This document shows, one piece after another, positions 1 through 9,246 of a stretch of DNA of 64,000 nt (the first letter of the stretch is position 1; each line of letters starts with the position of its first letter). A program made the position numbers and the translations under genes. This DNA comes from Candidatus Heimdallarchaeum aukensis. GTDB lineage: Archaea; Asgardarchaeota; Heimdallarchaeia; Heimdallarchaeales; Heimdallarchaeaceae. The notes under the pieces were generated by a model, which did not search any database, had not been told where the DNA came from, and was given only the letters and a program-made list of their open reading frames with translations. Where the stretch lies: assembly GCA_021513695.1 (NCBI GenBank), contig CP084166.1:1056001-1120000 (forward strand). The letters run 5' to 3'.

Positions 1-524
1 ATTTTTATTTTAACTGGAGAACCACAATGAGTTTTTAGTTCCAGCTTCTCATCAGAATTTAAAATCCGCTTCTTCTCCTCAGGTTCAATTTCAAATTCTT
101 GCTTACAGACTGAGCAGAAATAAACAATATCCGTTGATTTATCCGTTCTTGGTAATATTGGCCCTTTATCTATTACATGTCTAATCTCTCCCCGAGCTTT
201 TCTTCTTGCACCCAGCAAGGTCATATTATATATTCGATCAATTGAATCAATGAATACATTAAATACTTCATCTCGATTGAGAATTTTCTCTAAAGCTCTC
301 GCATATTCCTTTCTAACTTTTTTCAATTTTTCAAAATCAGTCATCAATTCATTGTCGTTTGAATTCAAAAGATCTTCATACTCTTTAACAAATTTTTTTG
401 ACAGTGCTTCTGCATTTTGTGGGAATAGTTTAAACAAAATTGCTTGGGTAGTTCCTATAATTGCCCATTTAACATTCTCCACATTTATACATAAATTGGT
501 TAAATCGTCAGAATCGTTTTCCAT
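1..524 (-). CDS. Hypothetical protein with C-terminal Cys4 zinc ribbon (3' end truncated by window edge)
   Basis: Manual translation of the minus strand from the ATG at 524..522 gives MENDSDDLTNLCINVEN...FCSVCKQEFEIEPEEKKRILNSDEKLELKTHCGSP, open to position 1. The frame is K/E-rich like other genes here, carries CxxC...HCGS, and is absent from the ORF track only because it has no stop inside the window. Confidence 0.4.
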   Translation of the reverse strand, partial: MENDSDDLTNLCINVENVKWAIIGTTQAILFKLFPQNAEALSKKFVKEYEDLLNSNDNELMTDFEKLKKVRKEYARALEKILNRDEVFNVFIDSIDRIYNMTLLGARRKARGEIRHVIDKGPILPRTDKSTDIVYFCSVCKQEFEIEPEEKKRILNSDEKLELKTHCGSPVKIK

Positions 525-552
525 ATTTATTAGACAATTGTAAGATATAAAT

Positions 553-936
553 ATGTTTTTATACTATAAAAATACAATAATGTATGTGGGGCAAATGGTT
601 AGAAGAACAATGTTGGAAAGAGCAAAAGCTATTTTTGAATTCATTAAAAAGGTTGATGAACCGTTCCCCAAGTCAAAATTGCAAAAAATAGGGCTGAATC
701 CTGAAACAGCAGAAAAGTGGTTGGAGTTAATAATATACATCCAAAGACAACCGAGAATAAGGCTTGTAAAAACAAAGAATACAACAATAATAGAAAAAAC
801 AGAAAAAGGGTATCATGTGATGAGTAGAGAGGTGTTTATGGATCCGACTAGAAGCTATAAGGAACGTTTTTACGCTTTACAAGATTATTTAAGTGCTTTA
901 ATTACTACAGAAAAACTAGAAAAGGAGCAAAAATAG
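553..936 (+). CDS. Small hypothetical protein, possibly a winged-helix DNA-binding protein
   Basis: 127-aa ORF with typical local composition. True start is probably internal (MYVGQ or MVRRT). No recognisable catalytic motif. Confidence 0.35.
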   Translation: MFLYYKNTIMYVGQMVRRTMLERAKAIFEFIKKVDEPFPKSKLQKIGLNPETAEKWLELIIYIQRQPRIRLVKTKNTTIIEKTEKGYHVMSREVFMDPTRSYKERFYALQDYLSALITTEKLEKEQK

Positions 937-1399
937 ATTCTCGGAATAGTTATTATTTGTTCATATTTTGAATGACCTCTGCAAGCGTTTGGAATTGTTC
1001 AAGGGAAGGTTTTTTTATTACTCTATCTTTTGAAATAACTATTCTATCAAAATCTAATCTTTTTGCATTAGTAACTCGAATAGGAACGATTGAACTGGGT
1101 AAGATATTGCCAAATAAATCTATGTCTCTTACTCCCCTATCCTTTTTCTTTAATTATAATAATTATTCTGGTTTCAATAGCTCATTTGTTAGGAAACTCT
1201 TTTGATGCTTTTTTAAGCAAATTTAAGGAAAGCTTCCAGAAAGAGCTTCTCTACTGTTTGTATTGGTCTTATATTTCACTTTCCTTTTCTAACTCCTTAC
1301 CGTCTAAAAAAAGAAAAAGAAGAGAAGACCCAAAAATAAACAAAAGTAAAATTTTGCTCAAACTTTTTATAGATAAATAGTGTTTATTATCTGACCAAA

Positions 1400-1927
1400 A
1401 TGTTATGGGTTACAAGAGATTATGTACATGTAGATAGAGTAGCTTGTCCTTGGTTGATCAAGCGTTTTGTTGACAAGAAAGCCCAATTCGTTTTCTTGCC
1501 TAGAGAAGAAATAACTGAATTTGTAGAAAAAACAGGAGCAATTCCTTTTGATACAGGAACAGGAATAGAACTCGATCACTTTGAACGTGATGGAGTAAAG
1601 TATTGCACTTTTGACGCAATTATTGAAAAGTATAATCTAACAGAAGATCCCGCTTTAGCAAAATTGAGAAAAATAGTCCGTTCTGGGGATACAGAAAGAG
1701 AACCAAGTGAAAAACTAGCTTATGGTTTAGAAGCAGTAGCAAGTGGAGCTCCTCTATTGTGTGAGTCTGACCACGATGCTTTGGAGTTGGAATTCCCATT
1801 TTACGATATTTTATATGCTTATCTCCAAAGAGAAGTAATATTAGAACGATATAAGAAAGAAATAGCTGATCTAAAAACACGAGGAGAGAGAAGGAATTTC
1901 ATTAAAGAAAAAATGAAAGAGTTGTAG
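1400..1927 (+). CDS. ChrB C-terminal-domain-like protein (chromate-resistance-associated domain family)
   Basis: The N-terminal motif WVTRDYVHVDRVACPWLIKRFVD matches the conserved W-V-T-R...DR-[IV]-A-C-P-W-L-I-[KR]-R-F signature of ChrB C-terminal domain proteins. Confidence 0.5.
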   Translation: MLWVTRDYVHVDRVACPWLIKRFVDKKAQFVFLPREEITEFVEKTGAIPFDTGTGIELDHFERDGVKYCTFDAIIEKYNLTEDPALAKLRKIVRSGDTEREPSEKLAYGLEAVASGAPLLCESDHDALELEFPFYDILYAYLQREVILERYKKEIADLKTRGERRNFIKEKMKEL

Positions 1928-2028
1928 AAATATTTCTAATTTATCATAAAACTATTTTTACTCTTTTTTCTTTTTTCAGAAAGAGATAAAAAATATAATT
2001 TGACGAGTGTTCACACTATAATTAAAAA

Positions 2029-3312
2029 ATGGTGAGTGAAATTACCAAGAAGTCAATTTCCACTATCCACGAGTACTTAAAAAGTTTTAAGTTGGATAGT
2101 AAAGAAAAAAAACGAAATTACTCAAAAAAACTAAATCAAAAATCAACGAAAATTGATTATTTGGAAATTGACGGAAAGAAAATTATCAGATACACTAACG
2201 AGTTCTGGACTTCTAAACAAAGACAAGCAGCTTCAATCCATGAAATATCTTATAGAGCTTGCTTTAAGGCCCAACTACCTAGATTTTTTATTCAGTTGTT
2301 AACTAAAGCAGATGAGATAGTATATGATCCTTTTAGTGGAAGAGGAACAACAGTCATAGAAGCAGGAATAATGGGAAGAAGAGTGATATCAAACGATATT
2401 AACCCTCTAAGTGAGATATTAACAGCTCCTAGATTCTTTGTCCCAACAATAAAAGAAGTAGAAGAAAGGTTAAGCGAGATAAAAGTAGATTATAGATCTG
2501 AAGCTGAAATAGATCTGTCAATGTTTTATCACAAAAAAACAGAAGCAGAAATAGTGTCTCTAAAGAATTATCTAAAAGAAAGAAAAGAAAAGAATGAAGA
2601 AGATATGATAGATAAGTGGATAAGAATGGTAGCAACAAATCGCTTGTCTGGACACTCAAAAGGATTTTTTTCAGTATTCACTCTTCCACCCAACCAAGCA
2701 GTATCACAAGAAAGACAAAAAAAGATCAATGAAAAAAGAGACCAAGTTCCAGAATATAGAGAAGTAAAAAAACTAATAGTAAGAAAAACAAAGGCCCTAC
2801 AAAGGAATATAACGAAAGAAGAAAAAGTAAAACTAGCAGAAGCAGGAAAAACAGCAAAGTTCCTAACATCTGACGCAAGAAAAACACCAGAAATAGAAGA
2901 TGAAAAAGTATCCCTGATAGTAACTTCTCCTCCATTTTTAGACGTGGTGCAATATTCAAAAGATAATTGGCTAAGATGTTGGTTTAATGATATTGACGTA
3001 AAAGAGATAGAAAAAAAGATAACAATAACAAGAAAACTAGATGAATGGACCAAAGTGATGAAGGAAGCATTCAAAGAATTCTATAGAATAATAAAACCAG
3101 GAGGTTATATAGCCTTTGAAGTAGGAGAAGTAAGAAAAGGAAAGATAAAACTAGATGAAGAAGTGGTACCAATAGGAATAGAAATTGGATTTGAACCAGT
3201 AGGAATAGTAATCAATCTTCAAGAATTTACAAAAACAGCAAATATTTGGGGGATAGAAAACAACGAATATGGAACAAATACGAATAGAATAGTGTTATTT
3301 GAGAAAAAATAA
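2029..3312 (+). CDS. N6-adenine/N4-cytosine DNA methyltransferase (PF01555-like); motif I precedes motif IV with a long spacer that may be a target-recognition region
   Basis: SAM-binding motif I VYDPFSGRGTTVIEAGIMGRRV (aa ~95) and catalytic motif IV LIVTSPPFLDVVQY (aa ~300). Confidence 0.8.
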   Translation: MVSEITKKSISTIHEYLKSFKLDSKEKKRNYSKKLNQKSTKIDYLEIDGKKIIRYTNEFWTSKQRQAASIHEISYRACFKAQLPRFFIQLLTKADEIVYDPFSGRGTTVIEAGIMGRRVISNDINPLSEILTAPRFFVPTIKEVEERLSEIKVDYRSEAEIDLSMFYHKKTEAEIVSLKNYLKERKEKNEEDMIDKWIRMVATNRLSGHSKGFFSVFTLPPNQAVSQERQKKINEKRDQVPEYREVKKLIVRKTKALQRNITKEEKVKLAEAGKTAKFLTSDARKTPEIEDEKVSLIVTSPPFLDVVQYSKDNWLRCWFNDIDVKEIEKKITITRKLDEWTKVMKEAFKEFYRIIKPGGYIAFEVGEVRKGKIKLDEEVVPIGIEIGFEPVGIVINLQEFTKTANIWGIENNEYGTNTNRIVLFEKK

Positions 3313-3517
3313 AAAATAATGTGAGTTCTATATCTCTGTGGTAGAGAGCGATCAATATTCTCTTCTGGCTCAATGATAGGAATGGGTTCTTCTATCAGTC
3401 GTTCTTGAGAGCAAGATTTCTACACAAAAATTTTTTGCGTAAAAATCGAGTGATAAAATAAATATTAGATATTTGATTGGCCAAGAATATAGACTTAAAC
3501 TTTTTTAAAGTAAATAA

Positions 3518-3940
3518 TCAGCTGCTATAATTTTTATCTTGACTTAGGTCGCATATTATTTCTTTATATCCATCTATTAGTAGTCGTAAGTTGACTAACA
3601 CTCCTCGCCCAATTATTATATCTTTATTTTCTAGGAAAGTTTCAACAACAATAGGTATTTTTTTCTCATTAACTTTCATCTCTGATAATGCAGAACGCAA
3701 AATTATCTCTTCTCCAGAGATCGTTTCAGCAATGAATTGTTCTGTTTCTTTTAAAAGAGCTTCCTCAAACCCATGGTTCTTGAAATCTTCAAAAGGAATT
3801 AAAATATCTCCATCAAATCCTGTGTCTATTATTACATTTTCATATTTTACCCATTTTAATTCTTTTTTTGAAAAGAGATCAATGTTAATTGCAAATTGTT
3901 TTATTCGATAGGTATTGTTTAGAAACTGCCAACATTTCAA
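3518..3940 (-). CDS. Retropepsin-like (clan AA) aspartic protease domain protein
   Basis: Catalytic-type motif VIIDTGFDGDILIP (D-T-G) and the ~140 aa size fit retropepsin-like single-domain aspartyl proteases. The start abuts the stop of the upstream RHH gene. Confidence 0.55.
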   Translation of the reverse strand: MKCWQFLNNTYRIKQFAINIDLFSKKELKWVKYENVIIDTGFDGDILIPFEDFKNHGFEEALLKETEQFIAETISGEEIILRSALSEMKVNEKKIPIVVETFLENKDIIIGRGVLVNLRLLIDGYKEIICDLSQDKNYSS

Positions 3941-4336
3941 TTAACTCACCACTTTTTTTCTTTTCATATACCAGCCTAATTGTCTCCTTTTTGTGTGGTC
4001 GAATTTAACAATATTTTTAGGTGCAATAATTCTCGTCTCTGAAGACAATGTAGGTGATTTGTATAAGTCTTCAATAGTCTTGAATGCTGCAACAACTTTA
4101 TAGTTTGAATCAATCACGATATATTGTTCAGGATATTTTCCCCGTAAATTTTCTATTATTTCTGCATTATAGTTGTTTTTCATTTCTAATATCCTTTTTT
4201 GCTTTGCAATCCACTCTTCTATAGCGTTCTTTAAAGCAAGTGAAATGTTCCCTTTTTTAAGTCCATATTTTTCAGCAATAACCTTTCTAAATTCTTTTTC
4301 TAATTCTTCTGGAACTTCACCCTTTATTGTTGCCAT
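3941..4336 (-). CDS. Ribbon-helix-helix (CopG/MetJ-like) domain protein with C-terminal extension
   Basis: N-terminus MATIKGEVPEELEKEFRKVIAEKYGLKKGNISLALKNAIEEWI has the beta-strand/helix/helix pattern of RHH antitoxin-like DNA binders. It is translationally adjacent to the protease gene. Confidence 0.5.
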   Translation of the reverse strand: MATIKGEVPEELEKEFRKVIAEKYGLKKGNISLALKNAIEEWIAKQKRILEMKNNYNAEIIENLRGKYPEQYIVIDSNYKVVAAFKTIEDLYKSPTLSSETRIIAPKNIVKFDHTKRRQLGWYMKRKKVVS

Positions 4337-4400
4337 TTTTAATCATATGTACATATGTACTTACGTACTTAAGTTTATCTTCAAAAGGATTTTTGAAAAA

Positions 4401-5729
4401 TTAATAATTTAGATATTTCTTCCATTCCCATTCTGTAATTTTTTTAGAATTTGATTTTTCTTCGATTAGTGTATATTCTTGAAACTCTTTTTCTTTTATT
4501 TTTATAAACGAATTGAAAATGTGTTCTCCCAAAACTTCTTTCAGAAAAGGGTTCTTTTTGGAGTTCTCTAGTGCTTCTATTAACGATGTAGGCAATAGGG
4601 GGTATTTTTCTCTTCTTTCATCAACATCCATTGAGAAAAGATTCTCTGAGACCTGTTCTGAAGGTTCAAGTTTTTCTCTGATTCCTTCCATTCCAGCAGC
4701 TAAAAGAACCGTGAAAGCAATATATGGGTTACAAGTAGGGTCAGAAGCTCTAAATTCTATGGTTATTGTTCTGTTCTTCCTTAATTTATACGTAGGTATA
4801 CGAATCAAAGTGCTTCTGTTACCAATTCCCCAAGAAGAATAAATAGGAGCTTCAAATCCAGGAACTAACCTTTTATAACTGTTAACAGTAGGAGCAAGGA
4901 AAAGTAGAATATCTTTAGAATACTTGATTAATCCTGCAATGAACATTTTTCCTAGTTCAGATAAACCTTTTTCACCGTTAAACACGTTGTTATTTGTTTT
5001 TGTATCAACTAAACTTTGATGAATATGTATACCAGAACCATTAAGATTAATGAAAGGCTTAGGCATAAAAGTTGCTATAAGACTAAAATTAGAAGCTAAC
5101 TGGCGAACAATAAATTTGTATGTTTGAATATTATCCGCAGTTCTAAGAGCTTCAGCATATCTAAAATTTATTTCGTGTTGACCTGGAGCAACCTCGTGAT
5201 GAAGAAATTCAGGTTTAATACCAAAATGCTCAAGAATCTCAGCCATCTCTAAACGAAAATAAGAGTGGAAGTCTAGATATTCTGAAGAAAAGTAAGAAGC
5301 ATTATCTGAAGGCTTTTTTCCATCAATAAGGAAGAATTCTATTTCACTTCCTGTATAATATTTATAGTTGAATTCCTTTTCTATCTTTTCTAAATATCCC
5401 TTTAGCAAGAATCTGGTGTCTCCAGGAAAAGGTTCGCCAGAAGGTTCAACAATTTCGCAAAAAACTCTTCCAATTCTTTTATCCCAAGGGTAAACTACAA
5501 AAGTGTCAAGAACAGGCTTAAGTAATAAATCGCTATTATCTATTGTAGTAAAACCTTCAATACTGCTCCCGTCTAAACCAAATTCTAAAAAGTTGTTCTG
5601 CTCCAACTCACTCTTTGTAACAGTAATAGATCTCAAGTGGCCAACTATATCAGTAAACTGTAGATTGACATACTTTACACTTTCAACAATTTCCTTTGTT
5701 ACTTCCTCTGTAATCATTTTTCGAACCAT
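4401..5729 (-). CDS. glnA: Glutamine synthetase type I
   Basis: 442 aa with the GS beta-grasp N-domain (YVNLQFTDIVG) and conserved catalytic-domain blocks (e.g. SYKRLVPGFEAP, NPYIAF). Confidence 0.9.
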   Translation of the reverse strand: MVRKMITEEVTKEIVESVKYVNLQFTDIVGHLRSITVTKSELEQNNFLEFGLDGSSIEGFTTIDNSDLLLKPVLDTFVVYPWDKRIGRVFCEIVEPSGEPFPGDTRFLLKGYLEKIEKEFNYKYYTGSEIEFFLIDGKKPSDNASYFSSEYLDFHSYFRLEMAEILEHFGIKPEFLHHEVAPGQHEINFRYAEALRTADNIQTYKFIVRQLASNFSLIATFMPKPFINLNGSGIHIHQSLVDTKTNNNVFNGEKGLSELGKMFIAGLIKYSKDILLFLAPTVNSYKRLVPGFEAPIYSSWGIGNRSTLIRIPTYKLRKNRTITIEFRASDPTCNPYIAFTVLLAAGMEGIREKLEPSEQVSENLFSMDVDERREKYPLLPTSLIEALENSKKNPFLKEVLGEHIFNSFIKIKEKEFQEYTLIEEKSNSKKITEWEWKKYLNY

Positions 5730-5892
5730 TCAATTGTATACTTGTGTTTGATATAAATCTAATATTTATTAGGGTTTATAAAAAAAGACGAAACGTATGT
5801 TTAAAAAGAAAAAATTTTTAAAAACATATGTCCTATTTAATGTTGTATTGAATAATAAAACCATACAAATATTCAATTGAGAATGTGATTAA

Positions 5893-6333
5893 ATGGATAG
5901 TGTAGATGAGAAAATAATTAAAATTTTACAATCAGACTCAAGATTGTCAGCAAGAGCAATAGCAAAAAAAATGAACATAGCTCCATCAACAGTGTTGTCT
6001 AGAATAAAGAAGCTAGAAGAAAAAAAGATAATAAGAGATTATACTATAACCCTCGATTATGCAAATTTAGGTTATGATGTTCCTGTAATTATAGATGTAA
6101 AAGTTTCAAAAGGAAAATTGTTTGAAGTAGAAAACGAAATAGCAAAATCAAAAAATGTAATAGCAGTATATGATGTAACAGGAGACTTCGATGTAGTAGT
6201 ATTAGCTATTTTTAAGACAAGAAAAGGATTAGATCAGTTCATTAAAAAGCTTCAAGCTTACAAATATGTAGAAAGAACAAATACAAAACTAATTCTAAAT
6301 ACAATAAAAGATTCGTCAACAATAAAAATATAA
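5893..6333 (+). CDS. lrp: Lrp/AsnC family transcriptional regulator
   Basis: N-terminal HTH DEKIIKILQSDSRLSARAIAKKMNIAPSTVLSRIKKLEE plus a C-terminal RAM domain. It is divergent from glnA. Confidence 0.85.
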   Translation: MDSVDEKIIKILQSDSRLSARAIAKKMNIAPSTVLSRIKKLEEKKIIRDYTITLDYANLGYDVPVIIDVKVSKGKLFEVENEIAKSKNVIAVYDVTGDFDVVVLAIFKTRKGLDQFIKKLQAYKYVERTNTKLILNTIKDSSTIKI

Positions 6334-6361
6334 CAAAAAGGTGTAGAAGTCAATACGAAGT

Positions 6362-7618
6362 GTGTGGAAAAAGAATAGGTGTAAGACAAAGAATAGTGTA
6401 TCAGATTATTTCAAAAGAATTTTAAATCGAAAGAATTTTGTAAAAATGCTTATGAAATTGAAAAAAGAAACAAAATTGCTATTGATACTTTTTTCAACAT
6501 ATATATTTCTTAACAGTGTTTTTATTCTGTACTGCATATTCATAAATACCAATTATGTTACTGAAGTACCAGATCAAGGAAATTTTGTCACAAGAGGGTC
6601 AGGAATTCTTTCTGGACTTTTACCTTATAGAGACTTTTATACAAATGCTGCTCCTTTAAGTCCATATGTTTGGTCAATTATAGTATTGATTTCCAGTTTA
6701 CTAGTGGTCAAATTTGACTTTGTAGTAAGATTCTTTTTCTCTTTATGTCTAATTTTGTCAAGTTTAATTTTATTTAAAATTCAAAAAAAGAAAAATAATC
6801 CCAAGGCATTCATTATGGCCCTTGTTTATGGATTAAATCCCTTTTTTCTTTACCTAAATGTTATATGGGGAGGAGATGAGTGTATTCTGCCATTACTTAT
6901 TTTAATACCTATATTCTTATTTGAAGAAAATAAACCTGTATTAGGCACAATTACTATAGCACTTGGAGCAGGAATAAAATACTATCCTGTTCTGTTAGCT
7001 CCTCTCATTTGGGCATATTTTGAAAATTGGAAGAAGAGAACAGTAGGAATAAGCTTATTTGTACTATTAGTTGGTTTAATATACATTCCTTTTTATTTCA
7101 TAGCTCCAGAAGAATTTCTTTTTCAGTTTAAAGATCCAGTTCAAGAAACATTTGGTGGAAACCAGGGAATATTATCTGTTATTCAAGCTTTTTTCAATTT
7201 GGATCTAGAAAAATACAATTTATACTTTAAAATAACCACGATAATTGTTTTATTTATTTGTGGGATATTTTTCCTATTTAGAAGAGAAGATAACTATATG
7301 GATGCTTTTCCTTTTCTTTTGATTTTTTTGATTTTTTACCCGAAATTCCAGATTTCTTATGTTGTTCTCCTTTTTCCATTTATAATCGAGTATATTTTTA
7401 TAGAAAGAAAAATTTATGTTAGCACAGCTTTTTATACTCTTTCTCTGGTATATGGTGATAGTGCAAATTCGCTAATGGAAGAAAATCTGTCAAATTTAGC
7501 TATGATTATATTATATTGGTTAATTGTTCTTGTATTTTATTTGCTGGCGTTTTCACTGCTTGTAATGTATTTCTCTACAACTAAAAAAATATCTTCAGAA
7601 CAAAAGACAGAAACTTAA
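6362..7618 (+). CDS. Polytopic membrane protein, possibly a GT-C/DUF2029-like glycosyltransferase
   Basis: More than 10 predicted TM helices. The GAGIKYYPVLLAPLIW block resembles DUF2029/GT87 membrane mannosyltransferases. Start may be the internal MLMKLKK. Confidence 0.4.
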   Translation: MWKKNRCKTKNSVSDYFKRILNRKNFVKMLMKLKKETKLLLILFSTYIFLNSVFILYCIFINTNYVTEVPDQGNFVTRGSGILSGLLPYRDFYTNAAPLSPYVWSIIVLISSLLVVKFDFVVRFFFSLCLILSSLILFKIQKKKNNPKAFIMALVYGLNPFFLYLNVIWGGDECILPLLILIPIFLFEENKPVLGTITIALGAGIKYYPVLLAPLIWAYFENWKKRTVGISLFVLLVGLIYIPFYFIAPEEFLFQFKDPVQETFGGNQGILSVIQAFFNLDLEKYNLYFKITTIIVLFICGIFFLFRREDNYMDAFPFLLIFLIFYPKFQISYVVLLFPFIIEYIFIERKIYVSTAFYTLSLVYGDSANSLMEENLSNLAMIILYWLIVLVFYLLAFSLLVMYFSTTKKISSEQKTET

Positions 7619-7740
7619 TCTCAATCCTCTGTTTTCGATGTCTAAACAGCTAAACTTTTCATATTTTAATTAATTTAAAACAATTTTTTCTTCATTTCCT
7701 TTCAAACAAATTTAAAAATAAAGTTCAAAAGTTTATTACT

Positions 7741-9162
7741 ATGCACCTCATAGAAAGGATTCCTATACCAGTAAAGGAAGATACTTCTTCACTAGAGCGA
7801 ATTGTAACTTTAGATTTTCTACGAGGAGTAGCTATTCTTTTTATGACCTTTGCTCACTGTTTTTACCATTCGTATGATTACAGTTGGGCTATTGAAAATC
7901 CAGAACTGTTGTTGGCCTATCCAAAAATACTAGTAGGAATAGGGGTATTAATCGCTTATTTAGGGAGCTGGAACACCTTTTTTCTATTAATTTCTTCAAT
8001 AGTCAACACCTACTCAATGACTAAAAGAATAAAAAATGGAAAAGATGCGAAAGAAGTTTTCAGAAAAAGGTTGTTAAGTGGAATAATTTTACTGTTTTAC
8101 AGTTATTTTATCGACGCTTTTGGTTACTATGGTTACTTTGGTTATGCAATAAGAACAGGCGATTGGTCAAACATTTATTTTATTTGGGCCCAGATGTTCC
8201 AAATAAGCACAATTCAAATTATTTCTCTATCGATAATAATTACAACTATAATAAACTATTATTTGTTAAGAAATGGAAAACACGATAATGACAGAAAAAA
8301 TTTGTTCATATACGGCTTTTTAGCTTTAGCAATTCTCGTCTCAACACAATTTGTCCACGATTGGGTAGATAATATGAATTGGGAAAAACCAACTGTTTAT
8401 CCAGGAATAGTTACACCAGTAATTGAACCAAATTGGCCAAATCCCTACATACAAGCACATAACGCATCAATAAAAACGTTCTTTTTAGTAATTATAGCAG
8501 GACACCTAGAACCAATCTTCCCATGCTTAGCAACAGGTTTTATAGGTGCAATGATAGGAATAATTCTATCAAATGATCGCCCTCCTAAAAAACTACCTCT
8601 TTTTGCTTCATTAGGAGGATTAATATTCATAATAATAGGAATAATTTTAATCATTCTAGGACTTCCATACTCCTTATTCGACCAGAGACCTGAAATTCCA
8701 ACTTTTATTATACAACTAGGTGGGCAGATAATGGTAGTGATGCTTTTCCTAAGAATAGTAGAGTATAGAGGAAAATCGGAAAAGTTTGCTAATAATCAAA
8801 TTGTTAAACATTTTAGACTTTGGGCAATAGCTTCATTATCAATTTATTGGTTAGAATTAGTGGATCTCTTTCCTAAATGGATTTTGAACATAATATTCGC
8901 AAAGAAAATAGGAAAAAATCTCTTTGAACATAGTTTAGGTTACGGTTACTTTACAATAGCTTTAGGAGTAGGTGCTTTCTCATTCTTATTCTACGAATTA
9001 ATAGTGTTTTTGTGGTCAAGAGTGAATTTCAAAGGTTCATTTGAATGGTTTTTGATTAATTTACAAGCAATAGGGTCAAAAACTAAATCAAAGAGACTAA
9101 ATGTAAAGGCATTGTTGAACCAAAGTAAATATATTGTATTCACAGAGGATAAACAAGCATAA
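7741..9162 (+). CDS. Integral membrane protein, DUF1624/acyltransferase-3-like (HGSNAT-like N-terminal motif)
   Basis: The N-terminal RIVTLDFLRGVAILFMTFAHC matches the conserved start of DUF1624/heparan-glucosaminide N-acetyltransferase-like membrane proteins. Many TM segments. Confidence 0.45.
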   Translation: MHLIERIPIPVKEDTSSLERIVTLDFLRGVAILFMTFAHCFYHSYDYSWAIENPELLLAYPKILVGIGVLIAYLGSWNTFFLLISSIVNTYSMTKRIKNGKDAKEVFRKRLLSGIILLFYSYFIDAFGYYGYFGYAIRTGDWSNIYFIWAQMFQISTIQIISLSIIITTIINYYLLRNGKHDNDRKNLFIYGFLALAILVSTQFVHDWVDNMNWEKPTVYPGIVTPVIEPNWPNPYIQAHNASIKTFFLVIIAGHLEPIFPCLATGFIGAMIGIILSNDRPPKKLPLFASLGGLIFIIIGIILIILGLPYSLFDQRPEIPTFIIQLGGQIMVVMLFLRIVEYRGKSEKFANNQIVKHFRLWAIASLSIYWLELVDLFPKWILNIIFAKKIGKNLFEHSLGYGYFTIALGVGAFSFLFYELIVFLWSRVNFKGSFEWFLINLQAIGSKTKSKRLNVKALLNQSKYIVFTEDKQA

Positions 9163-9246
9163 AAAATAAAGATACTGTAGATGATTTCTCGCTGATAATT
9201 CTTTTTTCAATTTTTATTTGCAAAAATAAAAAAATAAAAAGAATGG

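Noticed and set aside
250-543. Plus-strand 97-aa ORF
   Set aside because: It lies antisense to a longer, better-composed minus-strand frame (1..524) with a zinc ribbon. Ser/Phe/Leu-rich shadow composition.
937-1399. Plus-strand ORFs 972..1205 and 1090..1380, and a long open minus-strand frame
   Set aside because: The plus-strand ORFs are low-complexity and overlap each other. The minus-strand frame of more than 66 codons has no ATG/GTG/TTG start before an upstream stop. Left as intergenic or a decayed remnant.
1620-1880. Minus-strand ORF inside the ChrB-like gene
   Set aside because: Leu/Phe-rich antisense shadow of a better plus-strand gene.
2429-3074. Three minus-strand ORFs inside the methyltransferase gene
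   Set aside because: Antisense shadows. The plus-strand frame carries canonical MTase motifs.
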